DNA of 62,545 nucleotides, counting the filler, from Porpidia crustulata (taxonomy: Eukaryota): NCBI GenBank assembly GCA_964255105.1. It is 14 parts of 14 records of this genome, joined end to end, with 100 filler letters (N's around TTAATTAATTAA, not from the genome) between each part and the next. Parts side by side here need not be neighbours in the genome. Positions count along the whole stretch, not along the records: positions 44,849 to 49,207 come from CAXUWE010002094.1; positions 49,308 to 53,657 come from CAXUWE010002095.1; positions 53,758 to 58,106 come from CAXUWE010002096.1; positions 58,207 to 62,545 come from CAXUWE010002097.1; 10 more parts are not named here. One strand, 5' to 3'. The notes below the pieces were generated by a model, which was given only the letters and a program-made list of their open reading frames with translations, made no database searches and was not told the DNA's origin. Position numbers and translations under genes: made by a program. This document shows, piece after piece, positions 48,213-58,908 of the stretch (position 1 is its first letter; the number at the start of each line of letters is the position of its first letter).

Positions 48213-49307
48213 TATATATGAAATACGAGATAATCTCCTGAATTCAAAGAGGAGTCTCATAACAGGGAAATGAGAAGGAAGTACAAGGTGCACGAATTGA
48301 CGTTTCGACAACTTTACTCTGCAATAAGAGCCTGCTGAACCTCAGGACATTCATTGCGGGTTTCCGAAACGTACCTCCCTTCCACTTGAGATCTGTGTAG
48401 TAGTCAACAAGCCGAGCTCACCACCACCCTGATACAGCCCTCCCATACACGGCCCCCATCTGGGGTGACACCGTGTATGATCCTTGAGATTGCATCTCTG
48501 CCCGTACTTCAAGGTCTACTGCATCTGGTAGAAAAGAACACTGCAAGTCTCGAACCCACCAATCAAGTAGCCACTTCGCTTCCGAAAAGGCCGCAACAGT
48601 GTTTCTTGAGAGTCGTACACCGTTGTTTTATAGCTTTGCCCTCATCGATCTGTGATTTCCCGCCTCGCTCACGCTTTGCGGCACTCCACTTCAAAGATCA
48701 TCGCAAGTCCTCCTAGTGATCCTATTGATGGTTTCCTGTCGCACCAAACGCTATGGCTTGTACGCTTTGACAGCGCTTCGAGCTTCTTGTACTCAATCTC
48801 AATAGGTATGCACCTGCTGAGAGCGCTTAGCTGTAAGCGGTTAGTCGAGAAGGCTAAAGTGCCAACGGAAACTCTGGCCCTTCTCGTCAGTCAGCTATTC
48901 TTTCCGTCCGAACGCTCTTCATTCTCCCCTCATTATCTTAATTTCAGAGCTTATCAATCCCAAAAGCCGATGCTGAGACAAATATTCATTCGTCAATAGA
49001 ACTGTTGACTTGGGAATATTGTCATCTCCCATAAATGTCAATTTCAATTCCTCAAAACTCCCAATGTCCCCATTAACTACGTATGATATCCTTGTCCTCA
49101 CAACCACATCAATCGTCCCTCTCATCTCAATCCTCTTCTTCTCGAATTACCCTCCCCCTACTGCTCCACCGCTCAGTCACCCTGTCCCCTGGGACCCCTC
49201 TCCAAACNNNNNNNNNNNNNNNNNNNNNNNNNNNNNNNNNNNNNNNNNNNNTTAATTAATTAANNNNNNNNNNNNNNNNNNNNNNNNNNNNNNNNNNNNN
49301 NNNNNNN

Positions 49308-50482
49308 CACCTCACTCTGAATCATACACTTGATCGCGCCCGTCCCCGGATCCGCCGCCGTCTCAAACGCCTTGACCGCATCCTCGATATCGAACCGATG
49401 CGTGACCAGCCTCGTCAGATCCAAGACTCCGCTCTCGATTAGCCGGATGGCGCGCGGCCACGTATTGGCGTAGCGGTACTGGAACTGCAAATCGATTTCC
49501 TGCGTGCTGAGGCGCATAAACGGCACCTGCATTTCCGGCTTCCCCACGCCGATGACGAAGACCTTGCCGCCGAAACGGACGGCCCAGATGGCGGCGGCGA
49601 CGGAGGATTCGACACCGGTGCACTCGAGCGCGACGGTGGGTTTGACGCCGCCGCCGGCGTGGATGATGTCGGTTGCGATTTGTTCCGTGGAGACGCCGCG
49701 GGCGACCTTGTAGGGGCGGGCGCGCGGGCAGAGCTCCTGGGCGAAGCGGAGGCGGCCGTCGTCGATGTCGGTGATGACGAGGGGTTCGGCACCGGCGGCG
49801 GCGCAGCAGAGGAGGGAGATGAGGCCGATGGGGCCGGCGCCGCAGATGAGGACGGGGTCGCCGAGGCGGACGCCGGCGCGCTGGATGCCGGCGAGGGCGA
49901 CGCTGAGGGGTTCGAGCAGGGCGCCGTTTTCGTAGGACATGGCGCCGATTCTGTGGCACCAGACGGCCGGGTGGGTGACGTAGCGGCGCAGGAGGCCGTC
50001 GATGGGCGGGGTCGAGAGGAATTTCATCTGTTCGCAGCCGTTGTAGCGGCCGGTCAGGCAGGGCTCGCAGGCGTAGCAGATCAGGCCCGGTTCGATGGCG
50101 ACGCGGTCGCCGACTTTGAGGTGGGTGACGGAGGGGTGGGCGGCGAGGATGATGCCGGCGGATTCGTGGCCGAGGATGTGGTTGTTTTCGACGACCATGG
50201 GGCCGATGCGGCCGGCGTGCCAGAAGTGGACATCTGATCTGTTTGGTTGGGGGGAGTGTCAGTTGTGATTCAATTGAGGTGGAGAAGGAAGGTAGGTGAT
50301 TCTGGAAAGTCTAACCCGCAGATCCCAGTGCTCTTGATAGCAATCGTGACTTGGCCTTCTTTGAGATCTTCGCCTTTCTTGACCGTCTCGAGGCTGGGTT
50401 CTGTTGCGGATACCCAGAGGTCGTGCGCCGGGTTGATGTAGACGCCGACGTTGTTCTTGCTGATTGTGGTTGTAGTCGACAT
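49308..50482 (-). CDS. ladA: L-arabinitol 4-dehydrogenase (Zn-dependent MDR), 1 intron; last codons lost in the linker
   Basis: [53 protein letters not shown] and [13 protein letters not shown]. Confidence 0.88.
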
Positions 50483-51774
50483 GATGAGGATGGGGAGGGG
50501 AGCAGAGAGAGGGAGAAGGTGATAGTGGTAGGTTCTGATGAGACCTCTTATATGGGCTGGGGGTGCTCTGGAAGATTGGTGGGGTACCAAGAAGCGTGAA
50601 GCGCTCAGGCGCACCAGTGACAGAGGAGAGGGTGGTGCTGGCTGTGCAGGAGTAGGGCTAGGGAAAGGATGATAGTGATGTTGGGGATTGGTTCTTCTGT
50701 AGCGTGAGCGATTGGGAGTTGAAATAAATTGGATTGGAATATATACGAAGAGACAGAAGCAAAGACAGCAAGGTGCCCAATTGGGAAAGATAAGATATTA
50801 GGAATAGATTTAGATAGATGGAGACGTTGGATAATTAATTAAGAAAGAATAGCTGATAGTCTCGCAGTCTCACCTTTTCACCTTGACATCATATCTGGCA
50901 TATAGCGGGGCAAATACTCTGTTGATTTACCCCGCCACTCCTGTTGAGGCCGGATCAATACGCTACTTATCCATCCATGTTCAAGTCCCAGAAGAACGTC
51001 GCTCATCCTAAATGGAATTATCATAAACAATATGATGCTCTGGGTCATGAACTTGAGGATCGCATGCTCCAGGACGTTGGAACAGAGTTGCGAAAGCCTT
51101 TGAAAGGGAATAAAAGCAAGCTAGCTGATGACTCAGCTATTTTGGACTCAAGATTCGGTTTCGCGGTTACTTGCAATGGGTTTATGACAAGTACATGTCG
51201 ACGAGAATACGGGTCCGCTCCGGGCGGATCGATTTTGCGCACAACGGAAATCCTAGCATTTCGTATGGACGTGGTCATTGGGACAAAGGCCGGAATGGGA
51301 ACACAAGGCCAAAGGTGCAAGGATAAAGAGGTTTGCATGCGGAAACCCACTTGACAGCAAAAATCCTACATCTCGCCTACCTGAAGATATGGAGGGCTTG
51401 ATAAATATGGCGCAAGCATCCAATCTTCTTGTATCGAATGAAATGGTACAATGCCGAGGAAGTCGAAAGAGAAGATGGGTGGCAGAACGACCGGCTCGGT
51501 GAGATCTCCTTCCATTCACAGGCTTGCTGGTTCTTCTTGCTGATTATAATTCTATAAGACTACAGTTCCGACCGGGAGAAACGAGCATTCGGAGCCGTCC
51601 GCAAAGTCTCACAAAAGGGGGTTCACTCTGACCGAGGTCAGGACGAGATATGGAAACGGCCAAGAGAGGGTCCAAATTACAACTCAATGGAATTCAGATC
51701 GACAGCATGAGACTGCAGGTACGATCCTACAAGATGATAGGAAAGCCTTCTGGGAGGCGTCCAAACAACACGGA

Positions 51775-53115
51775 ATGTTCAGTCTCGTGTCGGATCATCT
51801 CGCTCTTTATCAACAGACAATCTACAAAGGCTTTAAAGCTTTGCAAAGTAGGACTCGTAGATATCTAAACGACATAATGGAAGGGTTGAGAGCTCCTCAG
51901 AGAGCTCCTCAACGAGCTAGAAGGGTTCCTGTATCTACTACAATATATGTAGGCAGTCTTCTTGCCCTTATGTTGAAAGTTGCAATATTTTTCTATCTTG
52001 TCTATACATCCCTCTTCTTTTTCTGCAGCACCACTCTCGCGTCTACTAAATATGCCTCAATCTGCCCATTCCTGGGTGCGGATTCTCCCTTGTCAATGAA
52101 GGATAACCGGTCTTCTGTTATTAAGGACTACATTCGACATAGCCATGGTGATTTACGATACTTGATACGAGACAGAGTCTACACAAAGATTCATATGAAG
52201 GACATTGATACTCTTCTCGATACTTCCGTTTTTGCGGTGATCGACAATTCCACCCTACCATCCCGTGAAAGATTAATCAAAGACCTTGAATCATATAAGT
52301 CGATCAGCAATTCCACAATTGGGAATATCTGGGCCTTCAATCACGACGTGCGTTTCGTATGCATGAGCGCTATCGTCAGTTCTGAAATGGCTTTGGATTA
52401 TTTCCCACTCTATCTTGGTCGACGCGACGAACAANNNNNNNNNNAACAAATGTTTGTCGACCAGCAAGTCGAGGTTATCGCTCGTAACTTTCGGTTCCTC
52501 AACGACTCAGCCCCAAAGGTTCTAAACTCATTCCTTAACCTCAGCAAAATAGCCACTACTCTGAAGGATGATCTACGAGGAGACTTTGAGAGCATTACTG
52601 CTTCGTGTAACGAAACAGTTGAAAATGGCAGATCCGTGCCGCGTTGGTCGTGCAGCCCAAAGTTTCCGATAACAGACATGTCAGATATCCAAGAGCAGAT
52701 TCTCTTGCTAGAAAACATCATACCCATCGTCGAGGAAGTGGTGCATCTCGCAGGCCATCTCCTGTGGAGATTCCAGAAAATCGGCCGGAATCTCGAGTAC
52801 CTGGTCGAGAACACCCTACGGCTGATGGAAGACTGCGATTACAAAGAATGGTATGGCCGCACCTTCGAAGACCCAGATACAAACGCAGAGACCGGTACCG
52901 TCAGAAAAAGCGGCTGGGAAGGCAGAGACAGCGGAATCAAAGGCCTGGAAACGGCCCTGGAATCCTGGATCATGTTCCGGGACGATTTCCAAATCGAATT
53001 TTCCATGGAAGCTTATGCGAAATCAGGGAGGTATTCGACCGCCGCCGATGCGTTTGACGAGCTGTACGATGATATGTATCCGGGCGTGTTTGCAGCGCGC
53101 GTGCTTGAAGAGTGA
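51775..53115 (+). CDS. Hypothetical intronless protein with an N-proximal TM segment and helical C-terminus; spans a 10-N gap (52435-52444)
   Basis: 446-codon ORF with the hydrophobic stretch IYVGSLLALMLKVAIFFYLVYTSLFFFC. No family recognised. Confidence 0.55.
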   Translation: MFSLVSDHLALYQQTIYKGFKALQSRTRRYLNDIMEGLRAPQRAPQRARRVPVSTTIYVGSLLALMLKVAIFFYLVYTSLFFFCSTTLASTKYASICPFLGADSPLSMKDNRSSVIKDYIRHSHGDLRYLIRDRVYTKIHMKDIDTLLDTSVFAVIDNSTLPSRERLIKDLESYKSISNSTIGNIWAFNHDVRFVCMSAIVSSEMALDYFPLYLGRRDEQXXXXQMFVDQQVEVIARNFRFLNDSAPKVLNSFLNLSKIATTLKDDLRGDFESITASCNETVENGRSVPRWSCSPKFPITDMSDIQEQILLLENIIPIVEEVVHLAGHLLWRFQKIGRNLEYLVENTLRLMEDCDYKEWYGRTFEDPDTNAETGTVRKSGWEGRDSGIKGLETALESWIMFRDDFQIEFSMEAYAKSGRYSTAADAFDELYDDMYPGVFAARVLEE

Positions 53116-53757
53116 TATCGCTAGGCATTGCTTAGATGGCGCCTCCGTAGGACTTCTTGGGAGCGTATACGCTTCTTCGGATGTTTGGGTGTTGCCATGT
53201 CTAGATTTCTCGCTCTCATTTACTTAGAACGATGTGTAGATTGCATTAGTTGCAGCTAGGAGAGATGATGCATTCGCTCTGCTATTCTCCGAGTCATGGA
53301 TCCATAAAAGCTGCTATAACCCTGCATTCCAAACCCTCCCCCTCTCATCCACAACCCCAACCAATTCCTCCCAAAAAACCTCAAAGTATAACAAAACTAA
53401 AAATCATACCATTCTACATGTCGATGTTTGTGAAATCTGACTTGGTTGGTAAGTGGTAAGTGGAGATGGGAATGGCTGGTGGTGGGAGTGGAGTAATGGG
53501 TGGTTGGGAGTGATGAATGAGAAAGAGAAAAGATGAGAGAAGAGAGAAGAATGGAGGGAGGAAGAGAAGAGGAAAAGAGGCAAAGAAGAACGAGCGAAAT
53601 GAATTAGGATTACAGGATGACGATAAACTAACAGAACGTAAATGAAAGATATATAGANNNNNNNNNNNNNNNNNNNNNNNNNNNNNNNNNNNNNNNNNNN
53701 NTTAATTAATTAANNNNNNNNNNNNNNNNNNNNNNNNNNNNNNNNNNNNNNNNNNNN

Positions 53758-53828
53758 GAGAGGAGGAGCTTGTAGATGGTGAGGCGGATTTCGACGGGGA
53801 GTTCAAGGAGGGGCGGGGTGGATGCCAT
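53758..53828 (-). CDS. 5' fragment of an F-box-like protein, truncated by the linker
   Basis: MASTPPLLELPVEIRLTIYKLLL read from the ATG at 53828; too short for the ORF track. Confidence 0.65.
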
Positions 53829-54654
53829 TGAGGTTAATAGTCGACTTGAGACAGCGATCAGGAAGAAGCAGTTTCTAGTGCTTATGAGAGCGATCCTGGT
53901 CTTTTGATTGAGATGAACAGGTCAATGACTAGAAGCGGATAGATGGCTCGTAGCTCATGTGTTAGTACAAAGACAAGCGGCGGCGACACCCTCACTCAGT
54001 CACGTCGACGAATAGTGTAATCAGCGTTGAAGCCATATATTAGGGGGTTGTAAAAGTCGCTGGACAATTGCCGGTTAAGAAGAAGATAATCGTGACTCTC
54101 CTCATTATATGAGAGTTATTGAAAATCATTACTGGGTTTTCAATAGTACTGTGAGCTTGCTCGATGTTTGGATGTCAACCTTTGAAAGGGGTTATTGATA
54201 TATGGCGTTTTACTTGAGACCGATGTCGCCATCGGACTGTGTGGTAACACTAACACTACTGTCTAGACATACCTGCCGGTTGTGGTCCAATGACCTTTGT
54301 GACATCCAGGCTGTTTATGTAAGATACTTTAGGTTATCCTCTACTTCAGTCCACGGTCCAGAACGGTCCCAGTATGGTAACGAAGAGAAAGGGTCCTCTG
54401 GCATGCAATTTGAACCTAAGACTTCCCTACAATATCCTGCGCAGCTTTCTGTTCGAGCCGGCTGAACCTCCATAGAATAGTGTCAGAACAAACAATTCTG
54501 TCTATTCCCCATTGTCAGTTCCCGTTCTCAGCATGTCGCAATGAGTCCTAGAGAATCTTAAAATCGAGCGCCAGAGGCGAGCGGTGAGAGGCGCCGGAGT
54601 CTCTCCCTCTAGACAGCACCTTTTTGGCCCGCAAGCTCCTGGACGTCGACCATA

Positions 54655-55821
54655 TCAACATTGTGCATGGTTTTTCGCGTGATCAAACGCTTGTAACAAT
54701 CCAATAAGATGAGCTGTCGCCGCCAGCAAGATCAAGATGTGAAAGATCTGATGAGAGCTCCCAAACATGTCGAATTTCCCGGGGTAGAGTCGCTCGGGTA
54801 CGCGTGCCTGGCAATTATGTTAGCCATCGATCCTGTGGCCGTCGGTAGAGAACAAGGGCTGATCTTCACACACGGCATAGATACAAGCACCCAGTATATA
54901 CAAGAATCCTTGTAGTATAATCCAGAAGAGACCAATTTGGTTGTTCAGTTGCTGAATGCCATATCTTCTCAGCCCATGCAAAACAGGAAATACAGCGGAC
55001 AAGCCCATGGCAATGAACATTCCCGCCCTCCATGGCCGCCAAATTGGGCTTCGGAATTTGGGGTTCAATGAGACAATGGTGCATCCTATACCAAATGTCG
55101 ATATCTGAGGTTGAATCTTAGAACGCGTCTTATTGTCCCATATATCTGTTGTGACTTACCATTGCCCAGTATAATCTTTGAAGCGTTGGCTCGCAATAGA
55201 ACCCGTAGAACACACTCGGCACAAAACTTCCTGTAATAAGAGCAACAATACCCACGTAATCTAGCTGATTACCCAAACGTTGCACCAAGGGAGAATGATT
55301 TGATGTGGCATGAAAAGCTGCGCTGGTACCGAGACATGAAATCTAAGATGTTCGTTCAGTAATGGCTCGATACAGAGTAAATTCAAATATGTGATTGAAT
55401 GGATCTATCAAAAGAAAGGGGTAAATGGAGATCGCGAACTTACAGCACCCGCGAAAAAACACAAAAAAGCAGCGATGTCTTGACTAGATATCGACCGGGT
55501 ATCAAATGCGTAGATGGAGAAAGACATGAAGAAGAATAGAAATGCGCCTAGTAAATGTGTGTGAATATTGACGGATTCATTGTGAAGATAAAAGAGACTC
55601 TGGAAGGAGCCTAGGTATGAGTTCGATGCTGGCCGGTAATGACCTAATATGTAATGATTGTCTTGCTGCCAAGAAGGGAGGTCATTCCATTTCAGTAAGA
55701 GAGGGAATCCTGGGGTTGTCGGCGTCGGAGGAAATCGGGGTTTCAAAGCAGTGTCGATGGTAGGTGAGACAGGTGAGAAAGGCGAGGGGGTCCTAGACAC
55801 AGCCCGGCGGCGTGAAGCCAT
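54655..55821 (-). CDS. PAQR / haemolysin-III (Izh-like) membrane protein, 3 introns
   Basis: WQQDNHYILGHYRP, YLHNESVNIHTHLLG, SAAFHATSNHS, LDYVGI, ARVPER..PGKFDMFGSSHQIFH. Confidence 0.92.
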
Positions 55822-56195
55822 TGAAAGTTCACTGGAACGCTTCCAATACTTCAGTCAATTCATGCGAGGGTCTGTGAGATGTTTTCGAATCTTGGGACTT
55901 GTCGATGAATATATTTGATTAGTGTACTGAAGGGTCTCTTGAGAGAATAGATCTCCAGATCTAGTTGACTCTCGATGGGTTGGTAGTAACACAAGTCGTT
56001 GCCTTATCTTCAACTGTTTATTCAATGGCCGAACAAAAAACAGACGGGATGTTAAGGTATCGTGCATGACTAAGCGACTTTTGGCCGGATGCCGTGAAAT
56101 CATTGGCTCGCGGGCAGGCAAACCTTCTTCATTCCGCAAACGGACCGCCATGACAGTGTCCCGTCTCCCTTATGCGGTGATCCAACACAGTCTGC

Positions 56196-57159
56196 ATGAC
56201 TGCCAGGCGAGGTTTCGGCCGCAGTGATGGATTCCACTCGACTAGAAGTCGTCTAAAAGATGTTTCAGTGGACCCTCTTGAAAGCGTTGGACTCCCGTCG
56301 AAAGGAGACTTTAGGCATGGACACCCTCTGCCTATGAACCTCAGCCATGGGCTGACGACGTATTAGATTACTCGGGTTCGAGTTGCAGGAAAACTACTTC
56401 GGGACAATAGTAGACCGATATGACCGTTTCTGTGCAGCTGTGGGCCGGAGCAAGGATCTTGACAGATCTCTTGCCTCTCTCTCCTTGGGCCCCACAAGCG
56501 ATGTGAATTACTGTGTTCCCGCGCTCAAAAATGTGGCAAACAATGTTGGGAAGGATCAAAGCCAAGATTCAAGAGCCCTCCCCGTTATCATTATGGCCAT
56601 GCGCAAACTCCGCGAAGCCATTGTAGCAACGACTCGCACCGATGCTTTTGCTACGCACGCATACGTCTTTATCATCCGTACTACAGTGCTAGAAAAGCAT
56701 GTGGAGTCATATCATCCTGCTCTGCTGCACTTTCTACGGAGATTTCATAAGTCTCCAAAGTTATCGGCTTCAGAAAAACATGAAATCGTGGGATACTATG
56801 TTTTGGATCTCGCTTGCCGACAAGGTGACTTGGCTGGAGCATTCAAAGCACAGCACTTGTACAATTTTACGGATACTTCCGTGGAGCTTGTACTGAAAGC
56901 AATAGTTCGAGGGAACTGGGTTGCCTTTTGGACGGTTAAACGACTGATGGATGAGCGTCAACAAAGTTTATTGGAATTGGGAGAAGCTCGGATGAGGAAA
57001 CATGCAGTGAACTGCTTGGGACGGAGTTATCTAAGTGTCGACAAGATCTATGTTGAAAAGGCTACAGGCTGGCAATGGAAAGATCTCAAAGAGCACGAGA
57101 AATTGAGTTGGGAGCAGGATAATGATAGGATTATGATGAAACAATACAGACGCAAGTGA
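56196..57159 (+). CDS. PCI/Sac3-like (CSN8-PSMD8-eIF3K type) domain protein; GC-AG intron 56315-56366
   Basis: DPLESVGLPSKGD, MRKLREAIVA, HVESYHPALLHFL, YYVLDLACR and CLGRSYLSV. Exon 1 joins ORF 56383-57159 in frame through the GC-AG intron. Confidence 0.7.
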
Positions 57160-57511
57160 AAGTCCGTATTAGCTCTTCGAATCCGAATGTGCAAATAAAG
57201 TCCCAGCAGATTGATTCCTTCGAGGATCTTGAGGAAATATTCGATGTAAGCTTGCACCTAATCAGACCATTCGGAAATAAGCACAAGCGTCGGGATTAGG
57301 GCTTAAAGCTAAATCAGTGTAGGCGGAGGCTGCTCCTATCGATAAGAAGTAGCTTGATACCTCGGTATCTGATCTTTGGATAGCTATTTTTCATCTTTCT
57401 CCCTGTCAATAGAGCTTTCTCGGCTTCGACGGATCCATTTCTACTTAAGATATCACACTGAAGAGATATCGTTGTCCCAACTCTCCTTTCTTGACCTCAT
57501 CTCTATCCACA

Positions 57512-58106
57512 ATGGCTCAAGATCGAGTTGCACAAATTGCCGGCCACCTCTACCCCCAAGGGATGCTCACTGGCCAAGTCGCCATCATCACCGGATCTGG
57601 TCAAGGCATTGGTGCCGAAGCAGCCCGTTTATTTGCGACCGAGGGCGCAACGGTCGTCGTACAAGATATCGATGCGGCAAAAGCTCAAGCTGTAGCGCAA
57701 GAAATAAATGACAAAGGAGGGAAGGCCGTTGCGGTGCCGGGAGATATGCTGGATCCGAAATACATCGATGAGCTGGTAAAGAAATCCGCCGAGTTTGGGG
57801 GAGGGAAAATCCACATTATCGTCAATAACGCGGGATTTACGTGGGATGGGGTGATTCACAAGGTAGCTCTTGCAATTGACGGCAACATGGACATGCAAAC
57901 ATGAACCCAAGACTAATTCGAACGGGACATTCAGATGACGGACAAACAATGGGACACAATCCTCGCCCTCCACAACACCGCTCCCTTCCGACTCGTCCGA
58001 GCCGCAGCCCCCTACTTCCGCGTCAAAGACGGCGAGCCCCGCAACATCATCAACATCAGCAGCACCAGCGGCGTCAACGGCAACGCGTCGAGCACGACCA
58101 GCGCGG
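57512..58106 (+). CDS. Short-chain dehydrogenase / 3-oxoacyl reductase-like protein with PTS2, 3' truncated (1 intron seen)
   Basis: AIITGSGQGIG, IVNNAGFTWDGVIHKM and NIINISSTSG; the N-terminal RVAQIAGHL matches the PTS2 consensus. Confidence 0.88.
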
Positions 58107-58908
58107 NNNNNNNNNNNNNNNNNNNNNNNNNNNNNNNNNNNNNNNNNNNNTTAATTAATTAANNNNNNNNNNNNNNNNNNNNNNNNNNNNNNNNNNNNNN
58201 NNNNNNCGGGGATTGTGGTGGGAGGGAAAAACGGTGAGATTGAATGGATTCGCTCACAGTAGAAACAGGTAAGGAGTGGCTTTCAAAAAGGCGTCTCAAG
58301 TCTCGCTCGCTCGATTGGGACGTAAGATGTAGGGGCTATATTTTGATATCCGAGAGTTTTTTCAATGCACTCCAACACGAGGTGCAAAGATTTCTGGAGG
58401 CTTGCATGAACTATCTACTACGCCCTCTATCTCTAAACCAATTACGTGTCCTGGCATCTTGTCTGGACTTTCAACTCTCCCTCATTACCCCCACCATCCA
58501 GCTGAAGAAAGAAACCCAGCGCCTGCACGCACCGCTAAGAATGCTCGATCGCGGTGGAGATGCGGGGGATGTGCTGATTTCGATGGTGGGTGGTGGTTTT
58601 GGCATGTTGTTGTTGTCGAGTGATAGCGCCATGCGTCTATGTGTCAATATGATGGGAACAGCCACGGAAGAGGTGGCCAGAGGCTTGTGATGGCTCTTGG
58701 GGTGAATCTCGTTCTTGGTTGTAGGTTAGAAGGGGCGGAGGAGCGCGTGTGGAGATATCCCTTCAGAATCATAGATTTGGCACCACCAGGAATCCATTTT
58801 CTCCTCCCGGGGGCCTTAACCATGGCTCCGCCCCGAAAGCTCTTGCGAAGCGAGCCGGAGTTTTGCCACGAAAATACTTTCTAACGTTTTGGCCGCCCGC
58901 ACTCAATT

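Noticed and set aside
49063..49207. Possible N-terminus of a signal-anchored protein or P450
   Set aside because: Only a hydrophobic/Pro-rich stretch in C-skewed sequence, with no diagnostic motif.
4403..58206. Regularly spaced TTAATTAATTAA repeats (~4.5 kb period) as a biological array
   Set aside because: They are embedded in fixed N runs and are a standard six-frame-stop assembly linker.
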